Source: Candidatus Saccharimonadales bacterium
GTDB lineage: Bacteria > Patescibacteriota > Saccharimonadia > Saccharimonadales > JACDBH01
NCBI GenBank assembly: GCA_041752595.1
Contig: JBGSWE010000007.1
Coordinates: forward strand, 76,692-140,691
Length of the DNA stretch: 64,000 nucleotides
Reading direction: 5' to 3'
Positions within the stretch are counted from its first letter, which is position 1; every line of letters starts with the position of its first letter. This document shows positions 47,144 through 56,877 of this stretch, piece by piece. The position numbers were made by a program, and so were the translations under genes. The notes below the pieces were generated by a model. That model made no database searches. It was not told the DNA's origin and saw only the letters and a list, made by a program, of their open reading frames with translations.

Positions 47144-48733
47144 ATGAAGAAGTGGACACTTGTATTAGTGCTTGGTTTAACTCAGTTTATTATGATCCTT
47201 GATAGTAGTGTAATGAACGTATCAATTTCTACTATTGTAGAGGATTTAGGCACTTCAGTTACAAGTCTTCAGGCAGCAATAACTTTTTATACATTAATTA
47301 TGGCAGCTTTTATGCTTACCGGTGGCAAATTGGGTGATATATATGGACGACTAAAAGCGTTTAGAATTGGTGCAGTGATTTATGGCACCGGATCGTTGAT
47401 AACGGCATTCAGCTCATCTATCGGAATGCTTTTTGTCGGCTGGTCAGTCATAGAAGGCCTTGGAGCAGTATTAGTAATCCCAGCTACTATCGCTCTAATT
47501 GCAATGAACTACAAAGGTAAAGATCGCGTAATCGGTTATACAGCGATTGGTGCTGCAAGCGGTATTGCAGTTGCTTTGGGGCCGCTAATTGGCGGGTATG
47601 TCACAACTTACTTCTCATGGCGCTATGTATTTGTAGCAGAAACAATAGTAATGGCTACGGTACTCATATACTCGTTTACGTTGCATGAAAAGAAGGTTAT
47701 ATCAAAACTTAAACTTGATATTCCTAGCGTACTACTTTCTGCCGGAGGAATGATCCTATTTGTGTTTGGTATATTACAAAGCAAAACATGGGGCTGGATT
47801 ACACCAAAAGCAGTACCGGAAATTTCTGGCCAAGAGATAGCTCCTCTAGGTATATCTATAGTTGCATACCTAATAGTGGTTGGTGTCTTGGTGCTTAGAT
47901 TGTTTTATAAAAGACAAATATTACTTGAGGGCCAAAAAAGGAATCCATTACTCAGGGTATCGATGTTGGATATCAAAGCGCTACGTTCAGGACTTGCAGT
48001 ACTAAGTGGTCAGTACTTCATAACGGCTTCAATATTTTTTGTAATACCTATTTATTTACAGATGGTTCTTGGATATAACGCACTTGATACTGGTAAAAAA
48101 ATATTTCCACTTTCTGTTGGTCTAGTTTTATTCTCTGCAATCGGGTCAAGGCTAATTACAAAATATAGTCCTAAGCAAATAGTTAGAGTTGGCCAAATCT
48201 GTCTAGTTTTTGGAACGCTTGCATTAACCGGTGCAATCAACCCAGAAATGAGAGGATTTCTTTTTGGGTTATCACTCTTTGCAGTTGGTGCTGGTCTCGG
48301 ACTTTTAGTTTCTCAAATAGGAAACGTTACTATTTCTGCAGTGGATGAATCAAAATCAAGTGAAGTAGGTGGTTTACAAGGTACTTTTCAAAACATAGGC
48401 TCTGCATTAGGTACGGCTATTATTGGATCTGTTCTAGTTTCTTCTCTTACTACAGGTTTTGTAACTAGTATTAGTTACAACCCAAACATTTCAAGCTCAA
48501 CGACTGAGCAAATACAAGAACAATCCGTTTCTGGTATACCAATTGCTTCGGCTGAACAAGTTGAGAATTATGCTCTCGATTCGGGATTATCAGAATCAGA
48601 AGCACAATCACTCGGCGAGGAGTACAAATCTTCTCAAATTGAGAGTCTTAGATCAACTATGTTCTTCCTTACTATTATCGCAATATTAGCCTTGGCTTTG
48701 TCGCGCGACATTCCAAACAAAAAGCTTATTTAG
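47144..48733 (+). CDS. MFS transporter (DHA2 type, 14 TM)
   Basis: LDSSVMNVS, GGKLGDIYGR and GPLIGG...SWR. Confidence 0.9.
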   Translation: MKKWTLVLVLGLTQFIMILDSSVMNVSISTIVEDLGTSVTSLQAAITFYTLIMAAFMLTGGKLGDIYGRLKAFRIGAVIYGTGSLITAFSSSIGMLFVGWSVIEGLGAVLVIPATIALIAMNYKGKDRVIGYTAIGAASGIAVALGPLIGGYVTTYFSWRYVFVAETIVMATVLIYSFTLHEKKVISKLKLDIPSVLLSAGGMILFVFGILQSKTWGWITPKAVPEISGQEIAPLGISIVAYLIVVGVLVLRLFYKRQILLEGQKRNPLLRVSMLDIKALRSGLAVLSGQYFITASIFFVIPIYLQMVLGYNALDTGKKIFPLSVGLVLFSAIGSRLITKYSPKQIVRVGQICLVFGTLALTGAINPEMRGFLFGLSLFAVGAGLGLLVSQIGNVTISAVDESKSSEVGGLQGTFQNIGSALGTAIIGSVLVSSLTTGFVTSISYNPNISSSTTEQIQEQSVSGIPIASAEQVENYALDSGLSESEAQSLGEEYKSSQIESLRSTMFFLTIIAILALALSRDIPNKKLI

Positions 48734-48807
48734 AATTATTTTTTTAAGCTAAAAAATATTATCTATTGGTGGACTTTAACTTCGGCTATAGAATAAGTAT
48801 TAAGCAT

Positions 48808-49539
48808 ATGCGTATTCTAAGTCTAAATAATCGTAAGTTCATCAAAGATTTCAAGTTACCACTGATAGCAACTGCAGTTTTTGGAGTAATGTTATTTGGT
48901 ATGGTTCTTTCTAGAACACTAGAAAGAGTGGCGCTTGCAAATGTGTTAGATAATAATTCGAGTATAGGAGGAGACTACGCAACTCTTCTTAGTAATGATA
49001 AAGTTGATGAATTAAAAAAAGGCGAAGTCGAAAACCAAGTTAATACAAGTAGTCAAAATAACTCTACAAGCGAGCCTAACTCAACACAAAATTCCCCTTC
49101 AACGGAAACTTCCTTCACTGTAAGCCCCGATCCTGAACCTACTCCAACACCTGAAACACCTGCAACTCCTGCGCCAGGGCCTGCTCCAGTTTTTTCTGCA
49201 ACAATTGATAGTATGGTTTTTAAAGGAGCTAGGTTGGAGTGCACTTCAGGAACCCAATCACCTACTAGTTGTACCAAATTTTACTCTTTCGAAGCAAAGG
49301 TTGTTTCACAAAACGGACCAGGAAAAATTGATTATTCTTGGACAATCAATCCTTCATCAGGTGCAAATAACGGAACAATAAATGTTGGAACAGGACAAAC
49401 TTCATCAATTATTGAAAAGAGTTTTGGTATTCCGTGTTCAGTAACAACTATTAATTTCGTATACGTTCAACTTAGATTAATTAGTCCTAATTTAGTAGGT
49501 TCTGCCCCCATTCAACAACCACATAAATGCTTTAACTAA
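48808..49539 (+). CDS. Membrane-anchored extracellular protein with P/T linker and Cys-containing beta domain
   Basis: N-terminal TM, PEPTPTPETPATPAP linker and four Cys in the C-terminal domain. Confidence 0.6.
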   Translation: MRILSLNNRKFIKDFKLPLIATAVFGVMLFGMVLSRTLERVALANVLDNNSSIGGDYATLLSNDKVDELKKGEVENQVNTSSQNNSTSEPNSTQNSPSTETSFTVSPDPEPTPTPETPATPAPGPAPVFSATIDSMVFKGARLECTSGTQSPTSCTKFYSFEAKVVSQNGPGKIDYSWTINPSSGANNGTINVGTGQTSSIIEKSFGIPCSVTTINFVYVQLRLISPNLVGSAPIQQPHKCFN

Positions 49540-49556
49540 ACTGATGTAAGCTAATT

Positions 49557-51503
49557 ATGCGCAAACTTTCATTAAAAAATTTTAAACTATCATTACGAAC
49601 AAATAATATACAGCAGCGTTTTGTGCTGAGAGTATTGGTGCCACCGTTTGTTATTTTATTAGTATTAGGGATATTGATATTTTGGCAATTAGATAATTTT
49701 GTACGACAGCAAGCTATCGATGAACTAAAACGCGACTCATCAACAACTGCAGTCAGGCTGGAGCGTGAGTTTACAATCCGTAAAACAATACTGAGTAGAA
49801 CCGGTGAGGAATTATTCTTTATTAAGAGTAGCTATCTTTCTTCTATAGATGCCCTAGGAAAACAACGTACTGAGTGTTCAGCACATGTTAAATCAAAAAG
49901 AACTTTTGTAAATGCGCCAAATAACTCCTGCGAACCGTTCTTAGCCGAGTTTGCAGTAAAAGGATCATCATCCCTACAGGCAGTTGAGGATGGATATATA
50001 AGAGTTGGAGAAGAATTAATCCAAACACAAAATCAAGCCATTAATGATAGGCTCTCAGCTTACAAGCAGTTTTTTCCTGAAACCGTAGCATTACTAGTAA
50101 TTAATGATTCAAAAGAAATAGTAAGTTCTGCTCAGTCAGAGTTATTGGTTAGTTCAATTGATGCCCTGACCGAGATTGCTGGAAATGCAATTAGTGAACC
50201 TGTCGAGGGTAAATTAGTTTCATTAAATGATATAAATCTAAGTACCTTTGCATACCCAATTACTGGAGGGAGTGTACTGGCAGCATATGATACTAGCAGC
50301 GAAAGCTTTATTCGCGAATCTTGGCAGAGTACTCCAATAGATAAAAACGAATCGATAGCTTTAATTCTTGATAGTAATGGCAGCCCCGTCTATCCGGTAT
50401 TACCATTCAGTAACAATATAAAAGATGTTCAGGATGAGCTGCGTAATCAAAAATCTGTAAACATTAATCTTAAGGATATTGACAACTTGGCTGTCGCTAG
50501 CGAAGTTGGTAGTTCTAAATGGCTAGTAGTTGTTTCTTCACCGTCTGTTGCTGTACTTGCACCGCTTAAGAATGCACAAGTAATAGCGGTGCTTATTATC
50601 GGAACACTGTTGGTTGGATTCTTGTGGGTTGGAGCATTCTTTATAAAACGAACCGTTGATAGCATTCTTGGACTTGTTAGTGGGGCTTTGGTTTTTTCTG
50701 GTGGCAAATTGGATTACAAAATACAGCTAAAAAATTCAGATGAAGAGTTCGTGGCGCTAGCCAACACTATGAATAATATGGCTGATAGAATAGCAAAAAT
50801 CGAGAAAGAAGTAGATGAGAAAAACAAAGAATTTATATCAATTGCTACTCACGAGTTGCGCACACCACTAACAGCAATTATTGGTAATCTATCAATGATA
50901 ACTGAAGATTTTGGAAGCAGATTAGACGAAACCATCAAACCTCTTGTTGGCCAGGTTTTCGAAAGCTCCGTTAGATTAAAAGAACTTGTAAACGATATGC
51001 TTGATGTAGCCAGGTTGGAAGGCGGCAGAGTAGAGTTTAGTCCTGTAAATATAGATATTAAGCTTACAAGTAAAGCGGTTATAGATAATTTACAAATAAC
51101 CGCAAAAGAAAACGGAATAAGTCTAACCTATAGTGAAGCTGGTGCATTAGAGGTGTTTGCAGATGAAGCTCGCCTTCGCATAATTTTAAACAATTTTGTT
51201 TCTAATGCTATCAAATACAACCGCCCCAACGGCTCTGTAACGGTTTCACATTCAATGAAGGATGGAAAATTAGTTACTTCGATTGCAGATACAGGGCTAG
51301 GTATTCCTGAGGAACAAAAAGCCCATATGTTTGAGAAGTTTTTCCGAGTTAAAAACGATGATAGAAAAAATGTCGTAGGAACTGGACTAGGAATGTACAT
51401 TACGCGCGAATATATTTTGTCAATGAACGGCGAGCTTTGGTTTGAATCTATACATGGCCAGGGCACAACTTTTTATTTCACCTTGCCACTACCAAGTAAT
51501 TAA
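49557..51503 (+). CDS. Sensor histidine kinase (extracellular sensor, HAMP, HisKA, HATPase)
   Basis: ATHELRTPL, NFVSNAIKYN, DTGLGI, FEKFFR and GTGLG. Confidence 0.93.
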   Translation: MRKLSLKNFKLSLRTNNIQQRFVLRVLVPPFVILLVLGILIFWQLDNFVRQQAIDELKRDSSTTAVRLEREFTIRKTILSRTGEELFFIKSSYLSSIDALGKQRTECSAHVKSKRTFVNAPNNSCEPFLAEFAVKGSSSLQAVEDGYIRVGEELIQTQNQAINDRLSAYKQFFPETVALLVINDSKEIVSSAQSELLVSSIDALTEIAGNAISEPVEGKLVSLNDINLSTFAYPITGGSVLAAYDTSSESFIRESWQSTPIDKNESIALILDSNGSPVYPVLPFSNNIKDVQDELRNQKSVNINLKDIDNLAVASEVGSSKWLVVVSSPSVAVLAPLKNAQVIAVLIIGTLLVGFLWVGAFFIKRTVDSILGLVSGALVFSGGKLDYKIQLKNSDEEFVALANTMNNMADRIAKIEKEVDEKNKEFISIATHELRTPLTAIIGNLSMITEDFGSRLDETIKPLVGQVFESSVRLKELVNDMLDVARLEGGRVEFSPVNIDIKLTSKAVIDNLQITAKENGISLTYSEAGALEVFADEARLRIILNNFVSNAIKYNRPNGSVTVSHSMKDGKLVTSIADTGLGIPEEQKAHMFEKFFRVKNDDRKNVVGTGLGMYITREYILSMNGELWFESIHGQGTTFYFTLPLPSN

Positions 51504-51552
51504 GAATAATAACCTAGCCTTTAACCTATTAATTAATGATATTATGTTTTTA

Positions 51553-52791
51553 ATGAGACAAGATAATAAAAGACAAGATAATCTGATTTACATAACTGTT
51601 TCTGGTTTATTGGGATTAATAATTGGCCTAATATATTTAACATTTGAGTGGTTAGTAAACCGCGGAACAAACTGGCTCTGGAATGATGTTTTAGATACTA
51701 ATACATATCGTTGGAGGGTTATGCCGTTAGCACTTGTTATGAGCATCCTACTGACGATAGTAATTAAAGTATTTAACCAAAAACGCGTTTTAAAGCCGCC
51801 TGCAAATCTTCTTGATGAGATAGAAGACATCAAAAAAACGACCATAGTAAAAATAATAACTATTCTCGTCATTGGCTTACTAAGCTTGCTAGCAGGTGCG
51901 TCTCTTGGACCCGAGGCAGCTCTAGTTGCTGCTTCAATTGGCTTAGCTACTTGGTTAAGTCAAATATTGAACGTACTAAAAAAGCCAATTTCTTTTGTAT
52001 TTATAATAAGTAGTTTAGGCGCATTATTGGCTGCGTTCTTTCATTCTGTTTTACCTATTTTTATTCCAATACTAATTTTAAAAAAGAAAAACCAGCTTAA
52101 TGCATTAAATTTATCTGTAACTATAGTGTCAGGATTAGCTTCTTGGTTTACTATAAATATAATTAAGAATGAAGCATATCTAGAAATTCCAGTTTCTGGA
52201 AGCTTTAGTTTTACTAATCTTGCGCTTGCTAGTATGCTTGGTTTATTAAGTGTTTTACTTGCGATTGCTTTAAAATGGGCTATTCATTTCGCTTTTCCTA
52301 TTGTTAAGAAAATTAATAAAGAATTACCGTGGATAATTAGTGCGATCTTTTTTGGACTGGTACTTGGTATACTTTATTATATCGGTGGACAAACCGTTCA
52401 ATTTAGCGGGTCAGAGGGCATTAATCTACTAGCTCAGAATCCAGCTCAGTATGGCGTAATAGCATTAGTTGGATTAATTATAGTTAAGATATTTGCTACG
52501 TCTTGGTCTACGGTTACGGGTTACCGTGGCGGGCTTGTTTTTCCATCTATATATTCTGGTGTAGTCCTTAGTCTTATTGTTAGTACTGTTTTCAACTTGT
52601 CAGGACAAACTGAAGCCGGTACTGTAATCGGTGCCATAACTGGAATGCTCATGGCAATGACTAACCCAATAATTGGAATTATTCTAGCTTTATCTATGTT
52701 CCCAATTAGCCAAATATCATTAGTGGTGGGTGCGGTAATTGGTGGATTTATCGGTCTGAAACTTACAGCTAAATTAGTGCCGAAAGAATGA
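51553..52791 (+). CDS. ClC-superfamily channel/transporter (YfeO-like)
   Basis: GASLGPEA, FSG and GYRGGLVFP; start placed 7 nt after TG-A-TATTAT. Confidence 0.78.
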   Translation: MRQDNKRQDNLIYITVSGLLGLIIGLIYLTFEWLVNRGTNWLWNDVLDTNTYRWRVMPLALVMSILLTIVIKVFNQKRVLKPPANLLDEIEDIKKTTIVKIITILVIGLLSLLAGASLGPEAALVAASIGLATWLSQILNVLKKPISFVFIISSLGALLAAFFHSVLPIFIPILILKKKNQLNALNLSVTIVSGLASWFTINIIKNEAYLEIPVSGSFSFTNLALASMLGLLSVLLAIALKWAIHFAFPIVKKINKELPWIISAIFFGLVLGILYYIGGQTVQFSGSEGINLLAQNPAQYGVIALVGLIIVKIFATSWSTVTGYRGGLVFPSIYSGVVLSLIVSTVFNLSGQTEAGTVIGAITGMLMAMTNPIIGIILALSMFPISQISLVVGAVIGGFIGLKLTAKLVPKE

Positions 52792-53846
52792 TGAAAAATA
52801 CAAAGCCAAAAGTAACTAAAAAACGGAAATCGATTTTAAAAAAACGAATATTTTCTGTTTTAACCTACTTTATACCGTTGCTATTTATGTACTGGTTTTT
52901 CTTTGTTTTATTGCCCTCGGAGATCGACTTAGAATCACTAAAGGCAACGTTGCAAGGTCTTTCAATAACCGAACATATAGTTTTACTATTTGCTGGAATA
53001 TTAAGCATTTTTGCCGTAGGCTGGACTGCTGCTACTGTTTTACCAGGTATAAAAATAACCAAGGCAACTCAAGCTTCAGTAGTAAGCCAACTTACGGCAG
53101 TAATATTACCCCCTCCTGCGGATATGGCTATACGATTTGGAATGTATAAGACATACAATTTTCCTGTTGATCGTTCTGCTGTTGCAGTAATATTATCTGG
53201 AATTGCGCGCTATTTTACAGTCGTAGCTATTCCTATTTTGGGTTTAGTTGCACTAATTATTTCAGGAGATAGAAGCAGTAGTGCTGCTCTTTGGTTAATA
53301 ATTGCTTGTGCAGTCCTTTTGGGTGCGTTATGGTTAATGAAAAGCATAATAACTAACAAAAATTCAGCACGTAAAATTGGTAAACTCACCCAAAGATTAC
53401 TAAATAAAATACGTAAAATTCTTCATAAAAAACCAGTAACTGATTTAGAAAATAGTGTTGTAGATTTTGGTGAGAATTCTAAAGATGTAGTGCTCAATCA
53501 TTTTTGGCAGATTACAATATCAAATATCGCATGGGGTTTATCTTGCTATTTGATTTTGCTTTTAGCAACCAGATTTTGCGGTATAGACTCCAGTATCATG
53601 AGTGATGCATACCTCTTATTTATTACTGGTTTGATGTTACTGCTAAATAGTTTGCCTATCCCTGGAAGTGGCGCAGGCATAACAGAAACAATTCTTCTTA
53701 CAAATATGTATTTCCCTAACGAACAAGTTCAAACGGCTTTCACGGCAGCCTTGCTATTATACCGACTTTATACTTGGGTTTTACCATTCCCTATAGGCAG
53801 TGTTGCTTACTTTACATGGCGCTATCAAATTCGTAATAGATACTAG
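52788..53846 (+). CDS. LPG_synthase_TM (flippase-like, YbhN-type) membrane protein
   Basis: PIPGSGAGITE and AALLLYRLYT.W..P..G. Confidence 0.78.
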   Translation: MMKNTKPKVTKKRKSILKKRIFSVLTYFIPLLFMYWFFFVLLPSEIDLESLKATLQGLSITEHIVLLFAGILSIFAVGWTAATVLPGIKITKATQASVVSQLTAVILPPPADMAIRFGMYKTYNFPVDRSAVAVILSGIARYFTVVAIPILGLVALIISGDRSSSAALWLIIACAVLLGALWLMKSIITNKNSARKIGKLTQRLLNKIRKILHKKPVTDLENSVVDFGENSKDVVLNHFWQITISNIAWGLSCYLILLLATRFCGIDSSIMSDAYLLFITGLMLLLNSLPIPGSGAGITETILLTNMYFPNEQVQTAFTAALLLYRLYTWVLPFPIGSVAYFTWRYQIRNRY

Positions 53847-53902
53847 TAAATTACTTTGATGCTATTTTGTAATCTCATAAATTTTTATATAGTAATAGTG
53901 TC

Positions 53903-54166
53903 ATGACTACAAAAGAAATATCTGAAGGGGTTGCGCATAAACTTCCAGACGATCTAAATCAAGCTTTATTGTCTGATGAATCTGCGCTGGAACGTTGGGA
54001 AGATCTAACACCACTTGCGCGAAATGAATGGATTTGTTGGACGGTTACAACAAAGATGACAGAAACAAGAAAAAATCATATTGAACGTACACTTACAGAA
54101 TTACTTGCCGGCAAGCGTAGACCTTGTTGTTGGGCTGGATGTAATCATCGAACTAAGAATAGTTAG
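53903..54166 (+). CDS. YdeI/OmpD-associated family protein
   Basis: LPDDL..AL, WEDLTPLARNEWICW, ETR and RRPCCWAGC. Confidence 0.85.
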   Translation: MTTKEISEGVAHKLPDDLNQALLSDESALERWEDLTPLARNEWICWTVTTKMTETRKNHIERTLTELLAGKRRPCCWAGCNHRTKNS

Positions 54167-54443
54167 TTTTCTTAGTTCTCGGAAAATATACCTTGCCGAC
54201 TACACTTTCGGTTGATATCCATCCATATGTTCTACTGTCAGTACTTTTGTTTGAATTATCTCCCAGTAGATATAGTTTGTCTTCTTTAATTTCATTGATA
54301 CGCTTTATTTTTTCTAAATCGTTATGCCTAAATATTACTACATCTGAGGGCTTTAGTTTTTTTGAAGATATTACCAACACTATTTGCCCGTGTTTTAGAC
54401 ATGGCAACATGCTGTCGCCCTCAACACGCCTTAACGAAATCAT
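54153..54443 (-). CDS. sodX: Nickel-SOD maturation protease (S26 family)
   Basis: VEGDSMLP, IKR, GDN...STDSRTYG; directly downstream of sodN. Confidence 0.85.
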   Translation of the reverse strand: MISLRRVEGDSMLPCLKHGQIVLVISSKKLKPSDVVIFRHNDLEKIKRINEIKEDKLYLLGDNSNKSTDSRTYGWISTESVVGKVYFPRTKKTNYS

Positions 54444-54444
54444 T

Positions 54445-54867
54445 TTAATGCGTATGGTCTGATGGCTTGTTGCTAGCCTCGGCAAACATATGACCGATTT
54501 CGTGAACTAAATCAACTAGCTTCTGTGCTTCGTCTTTTGATACTGTTTGCTTAACCTTACCGCACTGTTTGGCAGCCATCCAAAAATCATTGTGCAGGTT
54601 TGGAAATTTTTCTAAGTGTTCAGGTTTAAAGAAATCACTCCACAAAACATATAGTTGATCCTTACATAGTTGGGAATGTTTTTCTTTAGTAGTTACCATT
54701 CTAGTAAAATTATTGTGCTTATCGACACTGTCTAATTCACCTAACTCTTCTATTTTTTCAACCATTTTTAGTGCGGTTGCAGCAGCATGTGTCATAGTAT
54801 TAGTTTCGTATATGCCACATGGAACATCGCAATGCGCGTAAACTGATTTAAGTTTGAATATTTTCAT
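54445..54867 (-). CDS. sodN: Nickel superoxide dismutase precursor
   Basis: Short leader, then the Ni-hook A|HCDVPCGIY; KE.H and LWSDFFKPEH. Confidence 0.95.
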   Translation of the reverse strand: MKIFKLKSVYAHCDVPCGIYETNTMTHAAATALKMVEKIEELGELDSVDKHNNFTRMVTTKEKHSQLCKDQLYVLWSDFFKPEHLEKFPNLHNDFWMAAKQCGKVKQTVSKDEAQKLVDLVHEIGHMFAEASNKPSDHTH

Positions 54868-54982
54868 ATATTTGGCTCCTTAGTTTCTATAACGAAGTAT
54901 AACTCATTAATGCGTAGAAGGTCGTAATATTAATTACTATTTGCAATTCGCTATCATTGATTGTATGAGTTAAAATAATAAT

Positions 54983-55852
54983 ATGAATAGTTATTCTTTG
55001 AAAGAGTTAAAAGTAATATTAAAATCACTCGGTGTTAGTGGTCTTGGAATGCGCACCCCGGAGGTTAAAGAATTAGCAAACATATTAAGACCTAACGAGC
55101 ATCTTGGTGGAGTACTTTATGGTAGACATGCTTCGGGCTTTGCCTGGTTGGTTGCAACCGATAGTAGAATCATATTCCTAAACAAAAAACCTTTTTATAC
55201 AAAAACTGACGAAATAACTTATGAAGTTGTATCAGGGATTAACAGCACCCAAGCCGGATTATTTACTACAGTTGTATTACATACACGGATAGAAGATTAC
55301 GTTATGCGCTATGTGAAAACGAAATGTGCGGAAATATTTGTAAAATACATAGAAACTCGACAACTAGTTACATATGGCGGTGAAACAATAAGCCATACTG
55401 ACAATAATCAAATAGAGTCTGAAACAAAAGTTCATAATTTTACCGATGAAGCAATAAATTACTTAAAGAATCATGATATGGCTGTTATATCTACAGTTGA
55501 TAGAACTGGTAATGTTTTTGGTGCGGTCGTATATTATACGGTTGATCAAAACAATAATATTTATATACTTACTAAATCTCGCTCAAGCAAAGACCGAAAC
55601 ATTTACGCCCACAGCCAAGTTGCATTAACTGTTTACGAAGCCGGTACAGAAGAAACGGTTCAACTACAAGGAATGGCCGAAACCGAAACTAATCAAAAGA
55701 TTAGGCAGAGTGTTTTTGATTTAATGATCAAGCCAAGACAATACAATAAGGTTAAGGAGTTGCCACCAGTTACTAAACTACACGACGGTTCATTTACTAT
55801 AATTAGAATTACCCCTACAACCATCAACTACACCGATTACTCAAAAATATAA
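54983..55852 (+). CDS. Bacterial PH domain fused to a pyridoxamine-5'-phosphate-oxidase-like domain
   Basis: N-half L.P.E...LVATDSRIIFL (bPH-like); C-half AVISTVD..G, SKDRNI..HSQVAL and VQLQG (PNPOx-like split barrel). Confidence 0.7.
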   Translation: MNSYSLKELKVILKSLGVSGLGMRTPEVKELANILRPNEHLGGVLYGRHASGFAWLVATDSRIIFLNKKPFYTKTDEITYEVVSGINSTQAGLFTTVVLHTRIEDYVMRYVKTKCAEIFVKYIETRQLVTYGGETISHTDNNQIESETKVHNFTDEAINYLKNHDMAVISTVDRTGNVFGAVVYYTVDQNNNIYILTKSRSSKDRNIYAHSQVALTVYEAGTEETVQLQGMAETETNQKIRQSVFDLMIKPRQYNKVKELPPVTKLHDGSFTIIRITPTTINYTDYSKI

Positions 55853-55870
55853 TATTTATTTTCGAAATTT

Positions 55871-55898
55871 AAAAGAGGCACACGGACGTGCCTCTTTT
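55871..55898. terminator. Bidirectional terminator
   Basis: aaaagaggcac / gtgcctctttt. Confidence 0.85.
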
Positions 55899-56017
55899 AT
55901 TGAACACTGCGGAAGATTTGCACCCACAGATGTAGCCTACGAACTAAATAACTTGACTCGAACTATCGAACTTGTTTGGCTACATATACTAATGTGCTGT
56001 ATCACTTGATCTTCCGA
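55871..56017 (-). ncRNA. Candidate stand-alone structured small RNA (about 145 nt)
   Basis: Has its own promoter; its 5' end CGGAAGAU pairs with AUCUUCCG; inner AUGUAGCC/GGCUACAU helix encloses a loop with three AGUUCG; ends at a terminator; no SD-led ORF seen. Confidence 0.6.
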
Positions 56018-56022
56018 TTAAT

Positions 56023-56051
56023 AATTTATCAAACCTTAAATCAATCGTCAA
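56023..56051 (-). promoter_or_regulatory. Promoter for the candidate sRNA
   Basis: TTGACG (56051-56046), 17-nt spacer ending TGA, TAAATT (56028-56023). Confidence 0.6.
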
Positions 56052-56070
56052 TACTAAATTAAAATTAATT

Positions 56071-56838
56071 TTAACCGGCTAAAGTACCGGCAAATATTTG
56101 CCAGGCTAGTAATGATTTAGCTACTAGACTAAGGATAATATAGGTTTTCTCACCACGTAAGTAATTACCCCATTTACCTTTTGCTCTGTATTGCTTGTAC
56201 TGCACTATCGCAAAGCAGTTGAAGAACACAAATAGAGATACTACTATTCCGTAGACAAACCCAGGAGGAGCAGCATCTGGCGGACCACCGGGTGAAAGTA
56301 GCTGGATAACAATAATAATCCAAGGGATTATTCCAGCAATACAGCCAAAGATGAATGGCAGCCATTGTCCGTCACCAGGATTTGCGAACTGTTCCTGGAG
56401 CCAACCAAACAAAATCATAGAAACGTTTACACCAAATATCGCTAATAGGGCAGCATAATCACTTATGCCATTTAACTGTGCAATCACAAATATCATCACC
56501 GAAGAACTAAGTGAATATTCAACCCATCTAAAAATATTGCGGTTTTGCTTTAGGCCTTCAGAATATTTAGGGAAAAACTTGTTTGATGCAACTAGGAAAT
56601 GGAAGAACGCCGATAAGCCCAGGAATAGAGCTATTAAATAACTAGTATTTGTATTAAACAGCGTAATAGGGTCTGCAAAAGTAGTTCCGGGAGGACCGGT
56701 CAAGTATGTGGCAGTTACTGGTAGTGAAAAATCGTTAGAAAGCACCACAACTGCAATTAGTGAAACAAGATGCAACAGGCCGGCTGCGATGTTCCATTTT
56801 CGTAATGGCTTAATTTGTTTATCTGTAAGTTTATTCAT
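56071..56838 (-). CDS. Heliorhodopsin
   Basis: N...GLLH, SAFFH, RWVEYSLSSS, MILFG..QE and the retinal-binding helix YIILSLVAKSLLAW. Confidence 0.95.
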   Translation of the reverse strand: MNKLTDKQIKPLRKWNIAAGLLHLVSLIAVVVLSNDFSLPVTATYLTGPPGTTFADPITLFNTNTSYLIALFLGLSAFFHFLVASNKFFPKYSEGLKQNRNIFRWVEYSLSSSVMIFVIAQLNGISDYAALLAIFGVNVSMILFGWLQEQFANPGDGQWLPFIFGCIAGIIPWIIIVIQLLSPGGPPDAAPPGFVYGIVVSLFVFFNCFAIVQYKQYRAKGKWGNYLRGEKTYIILSLVAKSLLAWQIFAGTLAG

Positions 56839-56877
56839 AATTAAATGATAACACGCTTATTATTTAATATTGATAAA

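Noticed and set aside
51553-52791. Fluoride-specific CLC-F exporter
   Set aside because: It lacks the GNNLI, GREGT and GEVTP signatures; its motifs are YfeO-like.
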